Shown here: positions 37,376-46,219 of the stretch, one piece after another
Layout of the letters: the number at the start of each line of letters is the position of its first letter
Position numbering within the stretch: position 1 is the first letter of the stretch
Source: Treponemataceae bacterium
Lineage (GTDB): Bacteria > Spirochaetota > Spirochaetia > Treponematales > Rectinemataceae
Assembly (NCBI GenBank): GCA_963678065.2
Contig: CAXXVZ010000003.1
Location: forward strand, 128,001 to 192,000
Direction of reading: 5' to 3'
DNA: 64,000 nt
Notes under the pieces: generated by a model
What the model was told of the DNA's origin: nothing
Seen by the model: the letters and a program-made list of their open reading frames with translations, nothing else
Databases searched by the model: none
Translations under genes and position numbers: made by a program

Positions 37376-37687
37376 ATCCCCCGTCGCCGGGAAATCGGGT
37401 GAGTCTAGATCACCTCCGGGGCGAAAGCAGCCATGGCCCGGGACCAGGGCCTTTCCAATTGAGGGACTCCTCCCCTCAGTCCCCGGGAGAACCACGTCGA
37501 GGCGGTCCTTGTGGACCGCCTCGACTCGTGCGGGGATTTCCTTCGGGCAAGCGGTCCGGATGAAATCGTTGAGTATATCGTCCGTGAAACCGAAACCGGA
37601 GAGCGAGGCCCTCATGGCCTCCACGGACAGTTCTGTAGATGCATTGTTCTTTTCGGACACAGCGTGATCCTTGAATCGGTCTGACAT
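37376..37687 (-). pseudogene. rsgA: 5' remnant of rsgA (small-subunit-dependent GTPase A)
   Basis: LSGFGF...PARVEAVHKDR..V...DFPATGD matches the RsgA N-terminal OB region. No GTPase or Zn-finger motifs follow, and the frame runs antisense into ndk. Confidence 0.7.
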
Positions 37688-37709
37688 GTCGGAGTCCGAC
37701 GGGAATCCA

Positions 37710-37994
37710 TCGTCATGTCCCTAGGTCCGGCCCGGACCTAAAGGCATGACGAAGCCTGCGACGGGCTGCCGAACATCATCGGATGGATCGGCGGCCTGTC
37801 AGGGCTCTCCGCGATGTCCGGTATACGGGCATGCAGAGACAGCTCTGCGCGCGGTCGGCTTTTTAGAGTCGTTTTCCCTGTGCGTCTGGGGGCGGTCATG
37901 GAAGGCGGGGAGCCTTCCAGAAGAATCAGATGACCGTTTGGGTGACGGACGCCGGGATGCCGACGGCGGCGGTGCGTGCAATGGCCATTAACAT
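37710..37994 (-). promoter_or_regulatory. Leader peptide and hairpins (attenuator-like leader) upstream of the rsgA remnant
   Basis: AGGAGG then ORF 37994..37926 (MLMAIARTAAVGIPASVTQTVI); hairpins at ~37900-37918 and 37710-37752. Confidence 0.55.
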
Positions 37995-38028
37995 TCTGCG
38001 CCTCCTGTGGCCGGAAAACCCGGCAAGC

Positions 38029-38067
38029 AAAAAAATGGACGGCACCATGACGATGCCGTCCAAAAAA
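38029..38067 (-). terminator. Intrinsic terminator of lysS
   Basis: tggacggca...tgccgtcca stem with a 7-nt U-tract on the minus strand. Confidence 0.8.
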
Positions 38068-38108
38068 GATTATCGTAAGTTTTTTGTTTTGTCCAGTGGT
38101 CCTGGGAA

Positions 38109-39695
38109 TCAATACACGGAAAGGATGCTCTGGGCCTTCTCTTTCCCGATTATGGACAGGAATCCGGCGAGCCGCGGCCCCTGGTCTTTCGCGATGAGGG
38201 CCTGGTAGGTCGCGCGGAAGAGGGCTTTGGAATCGATGCCTGCCGCCGCGGCCACGGCGTAGATCGCTTCGGCCACGGCCTTCTCGTCGGCGAAGCTCTC
38301 CAGCACGGCGACGACATCGTCGCGGAGACGGACGATGGCGGTCACTTCGGCCTCGCTGAGTTCGGCCTTCTCTCCGGGAGTCCGGAAGGCGAAGCGGAAA
38401 TCCTCGGGGGCGCACTCGGTGATCCAGTACCAGGCGCAGGTCGCCCTCTGTCGGACGCGGGGAATCTGGGCCTCGGCTATGCCCGGCAGGAGAGAGATGA
38501 CCTTCTCGATGTCGCCCTGGTAAATCTGGAGGAGGTTGCAGAGGTGGCGGAAAGCTATCTGGTAGGGAGCCTCGGCCGGCACTGCCTCGACCTGGGAGAG
38601 TTCGTAGATGCGCTTTTCCTTGAGGAAGGTCTGCTCATCCTTGGCTTTGTCGAGGCTCCAGTAGATCCGCTCGGTCCTGTCGTAGTCCTCGTAGATCTTT
38701 ATGACGTCGAGGTCGAAGCTGATGACGAACTCGGTGTTAGGACGGGTGCCCGCGAAGAGGTAGCGCACGATCTCGGGCTGGTAGACGCGCAGAAGGTCGT
38801 AGAGGTCGACAACCTTGCCCTTTGAGGAGGACATCTTGCCGGGCGAGCCCTTGATTCCGATGAAGTCGTAGCGGAAAGTGACGGGGGGCTTGCGGCCGTA
38901 AACTTCCTCGACGACATGCTTGGAAGTGTCGAAGGAACCGCCCTGGCTGTGGTGATCCTTGCCGGCCGGTTCGAAGTCGACGCCTTCACGGGCCCAGCGC
39001 ATGGGCCAGTCGACGCGCCAGACGAGCTTTGCGCCTTTCAGGGTCCGCAGGTCTCCCGTCTCGGAGTGGCCGCAGGTCTCGCAGTGGTAGCTGAGTCCCC
39101 AGTCGCCGTCCCAGCCGTCGATCTGGGTGGTGTCGCGGTTGCAGGCTGTGCAGAAGACCGACACGGGCCACCACTCGCCCTGGATCTTGTGGTCATCGTC
39201 GCGGTACTTGTCCAGGATGGTTTTGAGGTGCTCGCGCATTTCAAGGGCGCGGCGCATGCCTTCGGCGTACATGCCGGAGCGGTAGCGCTCGGCCTGGAAG
39301 AGGAAGTCGGGGTGGATGCCGACGGCCGGGAGCACGGTCTCTACGTCGACCTCGTGGTGCCTCGCGTAGCTCGCGTCCCGCTTCCAGGGATCGGGAACCA
39401 TGGTGATGGGGAAGCGGAGGTGTGCGGCGAGGCTCTCCTGCTCCGGCATGTTGACGGGAACCTTGCGGAAGACGTCGTAGTCGTCCCAGCTGTAGATGAA
39501 GCGGACATTCTTGCCCCTGGCCCTGAGGGCCCGGACGACGAGTTCGACGGATATCATCTCGCGGAAATTGCCGACGTGGACTGTGCCTGAGGGCGTGATG
39601 CCGGAGGCGCAGGTGTAGAGTTCCTTGTCGCCCCACTCGGCGATTATCTTTTCGGCCGTCTGGTCGGCCCAGTGCGGTGATCTGGTCTGTTCCAT
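38109..39695 (-). CDS. lysS: Class I lysyl-tRNA synthetase
   Basis: HWAD, SGITPSGTVHVGNFRE, KLVWRVDWPMRW, FEPAGKDH, KMSSSKG, GPRLAGF. Confidence 0.97.
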   Translation of the reverse strand: MEQTRSPHWADQTAEKIIAEWGDKELYTCASGITPSGTVHVGNFREMISVELVVRALRARGKNVRFIYSWDDYDVFRKVPVNMPEQESLAAHLRFPITMVPDPWKRDASYARHHEVDVETVLPAVGIHPDFLFQAERYRSGMYAEGMRRALEMREHLKTILDKYRDDDHKIQGEWWPVSVFCTACNRDTTQIDGWDGDWGLSYHCETCGHSETGDLRTLKGAKLVWRVDWPMRWAREGVDFEPAGKDHHSQGGSFDTSKHVVEEVYGRKPPVTFRYDFIGIKGSPGKMSSSKGKVVDLYDLLRVYQPEIVRYLFAGTRPNTEFVISFDLDVIKIYEDYDRTERIYWSLDKAKDEQTFLKEKRIYELSQVEAVPAEAPYQIAFRHLCNLLQIYQGDIEKVISLLPGIAEAQIPRVRQRATCAWYWITECAPEDFRFAFRTPGEKAELSEAEVTAIVRLRDDVVAVLESFADEKAVAEAIYAVAAAAGIDSKALFRATYQALIAKDQGPRLAGFLSIIGKEKAQSILSVY

Positions 39696-39752
39696 TCAGC
39701 CAGTATACCAAGTCAGGTCCCGCGTGAAAATAACCTCCGGCGCGACAGGCCG

Positions 39753-40889
39753 TCAGATCAGGAGACGGCCGTTTCCCATGACGACGCGGCCGCATCCGTC
39801 CTCCATGAAGAGTTCCACGGTCGGATACGGGACGAGTCCGTCGAGATGGATGAGGGCGGGCGCGTCGCCGTCGTAGTTGGCGCCGATCGCGAAATGACAG
39901 GTGGAGAGAACCTTTTCATCCTCCAGCATGAGGCCCCGGACGCGCGCCGCGGGATTGAGCCCGATTCCGAACTCACCGAGGTTGCGCGCGTTCGCGGCAT
40001 AGGCCGCGGCCTGGACAGGATCGGCAGGCCCTCCGGCCTCGGGGTCGAGCGCGCGTCTCTTTCCTGTCCCGAGCGCCTCTTCCAGTCTCTCCGAGCCGGT
40101 CCCGCCGGAGATCCGCACGACGAAACCCTTCTCGAAACTGCAGAAAACCGGATCGGGCAGAAGAATCTCCCCGCCGATGACGCTGATCGAGCCCTGGAAG
40201 GCGATGATGCCTTCCGCCGTGCCGAGTTCGGGAGAGATGAAGACTTCCCCCGCCGGAAGGTTTCCCCCTGAGCCTGGCTGCGAGTAGTCGCCTGTATCCT
40301 CGGAGGCGAGGCGGCCGCACAGGCCGAAACGGACCTCCGTCCCGGCTTGGCTGGTGACACGGGCGGAGACTGCCCTGTCGAGCAGTCGGGCGAGGATAGC
40401 CGCGCTTTCGCGCATCCGCCGGTAATCGATCGGGACCGTCCTTCCGAACATCTCGCGGGTCGTGCCGGGCGACCAGAACGCCCTGATTTCCTTCGTTCCC
40501 GAGCGCAGGTAGTGAAAGATGTGGTCGTAGCTCCGGCCATCCGGAGTCCTGTACGGGGCAGCGATTCCTCTGCCGTCCTTGCCGAGTTTCGCGGAAGAGA
40601 TCGAGGCGACGATCTCCGGCTTTGTCGCTATGGCGGCGAGCACTGCCGGGTCGGCCTCGTCGAGCTGTGTCTTTTCGGGCTGAACGAGGAGAAGGGGAAA
40701 GGCCCCGGCCGCTGCCGCTGCGTCGTAGAGCGCTCGGGAAACGGCGAGGACTTCGCTGCCCGGATTGGTGACGATGAGAAAGCGCTCGCCGGGTTTTGCC
40801 GCGAGGCAATCCGCGACAGCGGTGCGCGCGGCGGTTTCGAGAAAGCCGTCTTCGCTCGCAGCGAGCCCCTCATCCTTGACGGTTGTCAG
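39753..40889 (-). CDS. M29-like thermophilic metallo-aminopeptidase, probable CTG start
   Basis: GNLPAGEVF, NLGEFGIGLNP, LEDEK...HFAIGAN, HLDG. The frame stays open and family-like (AARTAVADCLAAKPGERFLIVTNP) 82 codons upstream of the first GTG, up to a CTG 7 nt after AGGAGG. Confidence 0.82.
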   Translation of the reverse strand: MTTVKDEGLAASEDGFLETAARTAVADCLAAKPGERFLIVTNPGSEVLAVSRALYDAAAAAGAFPLLLVQPEKTQLDEADPAVLAAIATKPEIVASISSAKLGKDGRGIAAPYRTPDGRSYDHIFHYLRSGTKEIRAFWSPGTTREMFGRTVPIDYRRMRESAAILARLLDRAVSARVTSQAGTEVRFGLCGRLASEDTGDYSQPGSGGNLPAGEVFISPELGTAEGIIAFQGSISVIGGEILLPDPVFCSFEKGFVVRISGGTGSERLEEALGTGKRRALDPEAGGPADPVQAAAYAANARNLGEFGIGLNPAARVRGLMLEDEKVLSTCHFAIGANYDGDAPALIHLDGLVPYPTVELFMEDGCGRVVMGNGRLLI

Positions 40890-40890
40890 G

Positions 40891-41961
40891 TCAGAGCCTC
40901 CTGTAGAGCGGTACCCGCGACAGGACGTTGAGCGAAAGGGGCGAAATCTCGCCTTTCTCGAGGTATTTGCAGCCGATGCCGGCTATCATGGCGCCATTGT
41001 CGCCGCAGAGCCGGAGGGGCGGAAAGACGGCCCTGATGTCGGGGCGCGCCGCGAGCTCTCTGCGGAGGTAGCTGTTGGCCGCCACACCGCCTCCTGCGAC
41101 CACAGTCCGTATCCCCGAGTCCTCCACGGCGCGGAAGAGGCGCACGAGCAGGATGTCGACGGCGGTTTTCCGGAATGAGGCAGCTATGTTTTCCGGACTC
41201 GCCTCGGCCCCCGGCCGGCGATACTGCTCCAGCTGGTGGATGACAGCGGTCTTGAGCCCCGAATAGGAGACATCGTAGCGGTGTCCGCCCTTGTGCAGCG
41301 AGGGTTTCGGGAAAGAGAAGGCTGTCTCGTCGCCCTTTTCCGCGAGTCGGTCGATGTAGGCTCCCCCCGGGTAGCCGAAACCGTAGTATTTTGCGACCTT
41401 GTCGAAGGCCTCTCCCACAGCGTCGTCTATCGTCGTGCCGAGAACCTCGATTCTGTCGAAATCTTCGACCCTGCAGAGGATGCTGTGGCCGCCCGACACG
41501 AGGAGGCCGATGTAGGGGTAGGGGATAGGCTCGGAAGCGGCTTTGCCCGCCGCATCAGGAACCGATGTGCCGCCGCCAGCCGTCTCTGTCGCCTGCGAGA
41601 GCTGCGAGGCGTAGAGGTGGGCGAGAATGTGGTTGACGCCGATGAAGGGCAGCTCGAGGGCCCAGGCCATCGCCTTCGCGAAGGACAGCCCCACGAGGAG
41701 GGAGCCGATAAGTCCGGGGCGTGAGGTTGCGGCTACCCCATCCAGGTCCGCGGGCTTCATGCCGGCCTCGGCGATCGCGCGGGCGACGATGCCTGAAACC
41801 CATTCCGTGTGCTTGCGGCTCGCTATCTCGGGTACGACGCCCTGGTATTTTTCGTGAAAGGGAATCTGCGTGAGGACCACATCGGAGAGTATCGTCCTGC
41901 CGTCCTCGACGACGGATGCCGCGCATTCGTCGCAGGAGGATTCAATCCCCAGAACCCGCAT
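40891..41961 (-). CDS. tsaD: tRNA N6-threonylcarbamoyltransferase
   Basis: LGIESSCDE, GVVPEIASRKH, NHILAH, LLVSGGH, DDAVGEAFDK, GGVAAN, DNGAMIA. Confidence 0.97.
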   Translation of the reverse strand: MRVLGIESSCDECAASVVEDGRTILSDVVLTQIPFHEKYQGVVPEIASRKHTEWVSGIVARAIAEAGMKPADLDGVAATSRPGLIGSLLVGLSFAKAMAWALELPFIGVNHILAHLYASQLSQATETAGGGTSVPDAAGKAASEPIPYPYIGLLVSGGHSILCRVEDFDRIEVLGTTIDDAVGEAFDKVAKYYGFGYPGGAYIDRLAEKGDETAFSFPKPSLHKGGHRYDVSYSGLKTAVIHQLEQYRRPGAEASPENIAASFRKTAVDILLVRLFRAVEDSGIRTVVAGGGVAANSYLRRELAARPDIRAVFPPLRLCGDNGAMIAGIGCKYLEKGEISPLSLNVLSRVPLYRRL

Positions 41962-43018
41962 CGTCTTCGAACTCCGGATCGGACTGATTCATCATGAAGC
42001 GGGCGATGGACGAGAGCGAATAGCCCTCCTCGACGAGACCCGGGTATATCTCCATGAGAGTGCGGGCGAGGTCGGCGGACCAGACGTGGCCGATCATGAC
42101 GGCCGCGCCGTTCGAGGAGGCGATTTTTTTGCCTTCGTCCATGGCGTGGATTATAGAGGCTCTGTCCGGAGTATTGTCGAGAAACACATCCCGCTCCCAA
42201 TGACGAAGGTTGATCCGGCGGGCTACTTCCCTGGTTGCAGAACCGGATGTGGTGAGTGAATCAAGATAGTAAATCCCCTTTCTTTTTGCAAGCTCCATGA
42301 CGGTGGTCATGATAGCTGCATCCTCGGACACGGCGGAGCCCATGTGGTTGTTCATTCCGACGATGCCGGGGACGGTCGCCATGTTCTCCTCCAGTATCCT
42401 TTCGACCTCGCCGGCACTCATGCCGAGACGGAGCGCCCGTGGTCCCGGATCCTGACCGTCTCGCGCCTGCATGGGCTGGTGCATGATGAGTTCCTTGCCC
42501 GCCGCGAGAACTCTGGCAGCCGCCTCGGAGGAGTGGGGGAGGGAGGGCAGGACGGCGATGGTGAGGGGGAAAGGGAGATCGAGGAATGCCTGAAGCTGTT
42601 CGAGACTGTATCCCGCATCGTCGATGACGATGATGAGGCTAGCCTTTCCTTCCTGCGCTCCCGGGCCATTTCCGGGCAGGGCAGCCCCGAGAGGGGTCCC
42701 TCGGACTCCCGGGGCCCGGCCTCCCGGCCTCGCGCCGGACTCTCGGAGTGCGAGCCCGGCGGAACCCGTGGAAGGAGCCTCCGGCGAATACTCAGGGAAG
42801 AGGGTCCTGGTTTCCGTGGGAGCGGAATTCGTCTCCGCTTCCTTTCCCTCCGCGAGGTCTGAGGTCCTCACAATCGTCGTGCTGCTCCCGGTGACCGCGG
42901 TTTTTTTCGCCCCGGAGGGAGAGAACACGATAATGGCGATGGAAAGAAGTATGGAAAACGTCGCGAGGACGGCCGGGAAGACCGTCTTCGGCGGGCGTAT
43001 CTTTTTTACGGAAGGCAT
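41942..43018 (-). CDS. Divergent polysaccharide deacetylase (YibQ-like)
   Basis: N-terminal TM; IVIDDAG, HQPM, GMNNHMGS, YLDSLT, RDVFLDN, IGH. Confidence 0.9.
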   Translation of the reverse strand: MPSVKKIRPPKTVFPAVLATFSILLSIAIIVFSPSGAKKTAVTGSSTTIVRTSDLAEGKEAETNSAPTETRTLFPEYSPEAPSTGSAGLALRESGARPGGRAPGVRGTPLGAALPGNGPGAQEGKASLIIVIDDAGYSLEQLQAFLDLPFPLTIAVLPSLPHSSEAAARVLAAGKELIMHQPMQARDGQDPGPRALRLGMSAGEVERILEENMATVPGIVGMNNHMGSAVSEDAAIMTTVMELAKRKGIYYLDSLTTSGSATREVARRINLRHWERDVFLDNTPDRASIIHAMDEGKKIASSNGAAVMIGHVWSADLARTLMEIYPGLVEEGYSLSSIARFMMNQSDPEFEDDAGSGD

Positions 43019-43065
43019 TGAGCGAAATCATACATTCATGCGGAAAAGGGTTCAAGGAGAGGCTG

Positions 43066-43923
43066 TCACACCGCGGGCCGCTCGAAGACATAATCGTATT
43101 CGCGCCGCGATACCGTATCCTTGAGCTTCCGGATAGCCCTCTTCTCCACTTGGCGGATGGTCTCGGGAGAGAGACCGAGATCGTTGCCCAGGGTCTTGAG
43201 AGTCCGGTGCTTCTGGCCGAAAAGCTCGAATCGGGCCGAGAGAACCTGCTTCTCGTTCTCCTGCAGGGTCGAGAGAAGCTCTCGCGTCGCCTCGTGGATA
43301 GCCTCCCTGTCGTATTCCCGCTCGGGAGAGAATGAGTAGTCCGCGTAGATGTCGAGGACGGAGCCCGAGTCTTCTTCGGTCTCGTTCTCCAGCGGGACGA
43401 GGCTTCCGGAGATGGAGAGGACTTCTCCGACATCCTCGGTCCTGACATTGAGTTCCCTGGCGAGCTCTTCGGTCGTGGGGACGCGTTTCAGGGTCTGGCC
43501 GAGAATGTTGGCGGCGACCTGAACGTGCTTGAGGAGCTCCTCCTTCCTGTGGGGGAGGCGGATCGCCCGTCCGGTGTTCACGAGAGCCCTGGAGATGGAT
43601 TGTTTGATCCACCAGGCCGCGTAGGTCGAAAACCGGACACTCCGGTTGCCGTCGAACTTTTCCGCAGCCTTGATGAGGCCTATGTTGCCTTCCTGGATCA
43701 GGTCCATGAGGCTCATCTCGCTTGTAGGATAGGCCCGCGCGATCTTCACGACGAGGCGGAGGTTGGCCTCGATGAGCTTCTGCCGTGCGAGCTTGTCGCC
43801 CTTCGCGATCCCTTCGGCGAGTTTCCGTTCGCCTTCCGCATCCAGAAGTCTGATGTGCTGGATGGATGCATAGTAGGCCTTGAGAAGTTCGTTGCAAGTG
43901 TCGGAACCGGAATGTGCACGCAT
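43066..43923 (-). CDS. Sigma70-family factor, RpoS/RpoD-like without region 1.1
   Basis: ANLRLVVKIA, DLIQEGNIGL, RFSTYAAWWIKQ, AIRLP, region 4 HTH (LSPETIRQVE); 285 aa. Confidence 0.92.
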   Translation of the reverse strand: MRAHSGSDTCNELLKAYYASIQHIRLLDAEGERKLAEGIAKGDKLARQKLIEANLRLVVKIARAYPTSEMSLMDLIQEGNIGLIKAAEKFDGNRSVRFSTYAAWWIKQSISRALVNTGRAIRLPHRKEELLKHVQVAANILGQTLKRVPTTEELARELNVRTEDVGEVLSISGSLVPLENETEEDSGSVLDIYADYSFSPEREYDREAIHEATRELLSTLQENEKQVLSARFELFGQKHRTLKTLGNDLGLSPETIRQVEKRAIRKLKDTVSRREYDYVFERPAV

Positions 43924-43948
43924 GGTATCTCCCTTGTGCCTTCTATAC

Positions 43949-43965
43949 AGCAGCATGCGTGCCAA
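43949..43965 (-). promoter_or_regulatory. Sigma54 (RpoN) -24/-12 promoter of the sigma gene
   Basis: Minus strand TTGGCACGCATGCTGCT: GG-N10-GC with an exact TGGCACG, about 25 bp upstream of the ATG. Confidence 0.78.
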
Positions 43966-44058
43966 TCTTGAAGCATTTTGTAGAAAAATTTTAACTATAT
44001 ATTATATAGATAAATAGATTGATGGCCGTGATTGCCGAAAGACAGTTGATTTCCGATC

Positions 44059-44110
44059 TGTATGGAAAAGTGTACAAAATCGGCTGTACCTCTGTATGAA
44101 ATACAATACA
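44059..44110. promoter_or_regulatory. Two 18-bp TGTA-N10-TACA dyads, candidate enhancer-binding-protein sites
   Basis: tgtatggaaaagtgtaca (44059-44076) and tgtatgaaatacaataca (44093-44110), 34 bp apart. Confidence 0.5.
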
Positions 44111-44145
44111 AAAAAAGCCATCCGGTTTGTGCCGGACGGCTTTTT
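44111..44145 (-). terminator. Intrinsic terminator of the M23 gene
   Basis: aaaaaagccatccgg...ccggacggcttttt. Confidence 0.75.
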
Positions 44146-44177
44146 CGTCGATCCACTCGGAAGATGAAGACCGCAGT

Positions 44178-45734
44178 CTATTTGAGAAGTTTCGCCGGGT
44201 TGATCGCCGTACCTTTCTTAAAGAGGCCGAGATGGAGGTGGGGGCCTGTGCTGTAGCCGGTATTGCCTGAGCGGCCGATCACTGCGCCCTGCGAGATGCT
44301 CTGTCCCTTTTTGACGCCCACTGCGCTCAGGTGACCGTACAGAGTCTGGTAGCCTTCGCCGTGGGTGACGATGATGTAGTTGCCGAACACGCCGTTGTAG
44401 CCCGTGTCGGAGACTGAGCCGTCCATGATCGTTTTGACGGGTGTGCCCGTGTTGACGACGATATCCATACCCGCATGGAAGGTCCGGACTCCCGTGAAGG
44501 GATTGGAGCGGTAGCCGAAGGGCGAGGAGATGGGGCCGCGCGCGGGCCAGATCATCTTGACGGCGTAGAAGCCCTGGAGGGCCGAAGGCGCCAGTTTTGC
44601 TCCCGGGATGAAGAGGTCGCTGCCCGCCCTCAAGGATGCGTTGGAAAGATCGTTCGTATCGGCAAGTTTCGTCATGTCGACGCCGTACTTTTTCGCGAGG
44701 GCCGGCAGGCTGTCTCCTCTGCCGACCCTGTGGGTGATGCCGTCCATGTTAGGTATTTTGAGCTCGAGGCCGACCTTGAAGCCCGAAGCGTTGCGGATGT
44801 TGTTGATGGAGATGATGGTGTCCTGCCGGAGGTGAAATTTCCTCGCGACGGTGGCGATGCTGTCGCCCTTACGGATGACGTAGGTCCGCGTCTCGAGGCT
44901 GACAGGGAGGGCCGGCAGCTCAGGACTATCCGCGTCGTCGGGGGACTGTGCGAGTTCGGGGGACACATACGCGAGGAGGAGTTCCTGCGCGGTGGTCTCG
45001 TCGGGAAGGAGGATATCTCCCGTCAGGGGGAACCGTGGCTGACTCGCGAGGGAGATCGCGGCCGAAACGGCGAAGACGAAGGCCACCGGGGCGGCGAGAA
45101 GGGCGAGCAGCCTGAGCGGGGACTTTTTCGCGAGACCGACAAGTTTTCCCGTGAGCGCGGCGGCGCGGGACGGCACAGAATCGATGAACAGCAGCCATCC
45201 TGGCTCGAGAAGGTTCCCTTTGAAGGAAACCGAAGCGGCGGAGGAGCTGGCAGGCAATCCCCCGGCATGATCATGAGCCGACAGAGATCTGTTCCGGAAT
45301 GCCCCGGCCCTGCTCTTTGCGCGGTTCGCTATTCCGTTGAACAACGAGAGGGTTTTGCCGGACTGCTTGCGGAACGCCGTTCCGAATCTGTCGCGGAAGT
45401 TGTCCAGCGCTATTCCCGACCGTATCCTGAAGGAGCGGGAAATCTTGCGCCAGCCCACCCGGAGGGCTTCGAAATTGATGAAAGGCGCTGTATAGCGCAC
45501 CGACCGCGGCGATGCGTGAGGACGCGAAGGTCGGGGACGGACGATGTCTGGACCTCTGTCCCGGCGTTCCGCAGGAGCGAGAGGATCTCTCTGCGGAATT
45601 TCCGGTTTGCCGGAGAAAAAGTTGCGGCGGCCCGAGATCGACGATCCTTCTAGGATGCTTATGTACCCCTTGCCCTGCTGGCCGGAGAGAGGGCGGCGGC
45701 GGGCGACTTTCTGGCTCTTGATGAATGTATCCAT
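44178..45734 (-). CDS. LysM/M23 peptidoglycan DD-metalloendopeptidase
   Basis: Two LysM motifs (YVIRKGDSI, HRVGRGDSL), FHAGMD, TLYGHL, STGPHLH; TM segment and long basic N-terminus. Confidence 0.92.
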   Translation of the reverse strand: MDTFIKSQKVARRRPLSGQQGKGYISILEGSSISGRRNFFSGKPEIPQRDPLAPAERRDRGPDIVRPRPSRPHASPRSVRYTAPFINFEALRVGWRKISRSFRIRSGIALDNFRDRFGTAFRKQSGKTLSLFNGIANRAKSRAGAFRNRSLSAHDHAGGLPASSSAASVSFKGNLLEPGWLLFIDSVPSRAAALTGKLVGLAKKSPLRLLALLAAPVAFVFAVSAAISLASQPRFPLTGDILLPDETTAQELLLAYVSPELAQSPDDADSPELPALPVSLETRTYVIRKGDSIATVARKFHLRQDTIISINNIRNASGFKVGLELKIPNMDGITHRVGRGDSLPALAKKYGVDMTKLADTNDLSNASLRAGSDLFIPGAKLAPSALQGFYAVKMIWPARGPISSPFGYRSNPFTGVRTFHAGMDIVVNTGTPVKTIMDGSVSDTGYNGVFGNYIIVTHGEGYQTLYGHLSAVGVKKGQSISQGAVIGRSGNTGYSTGPHLHLGLFKKGTAINPAKLLK

Positions 45735-45790
45735 GCTTGTCCCTGTTTATCGACATTTTCCCGCATGGACATTATAGTCCGTTTACGAAG

Positions 45791-46219
45791 ATGTGCAAAA
45801 CAATTCCGCGTTTTGTCGCGATAATCCTCGCGGCCTTCCTCCTTGTCCTCACTGCAAAGAGCTTTGTCCTCGATCTGGCCCTTGTCGAGGGGCCCTCCAT
45901 GTACCCAACCCTGAGACCCGGCTCCGTCGTCGTCGTGCTCCGCTGTGCCTACGGTCTCCGCTTTCCTGGCGGGAACTACCTCCTCCGGTGGTCTGTCCCG
46001 CGGACAGGAGAAGTCGTCGCGGCGTTGAATCCGCAGAGCGGCAGGGCAGTGGTCAAGCGCGTCGTGGCCGCCCTGCCCGGTCTGCCCTCGACAGAGCCGA
46101 GCCTTTTTCTCATGGGCGACAATCCCGACGAATCGCTCGATTCGCGTGAATACGGCCTTCTGCCTGTTGAGTCAGTCCTTGGACGGGTGATAATCTTGAA
46201 AACAAGGGTGAATAGGTGA
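45791..46219 (+). CDS. S26-family signal peptidase I-like protein
   Basis: GPSMYPTL, VVKRVV, MGDNPDESLDSREYG. Confidence 0.85.
   Translation: MCKTIPRFVAIILAAFLLVLTAKSFVLDLALVEGPSMYPTLRPGSVVVVLRCAYGLRFPGGNYLLRWSVPRTGEVVAALNPQSGRAVVKRVVAALPGLPSTEPSLFLMGDNPDESLDSREYGLLPVESVLGRVIILKTRVNR

Noticed and set aside
40628..40873. 81-aa ORF as a frameshifted aminopeptidase N-terminus
   Set aside because: The family-like N-terminus is already in frame with 39753..40643, so no frameshift is needed.
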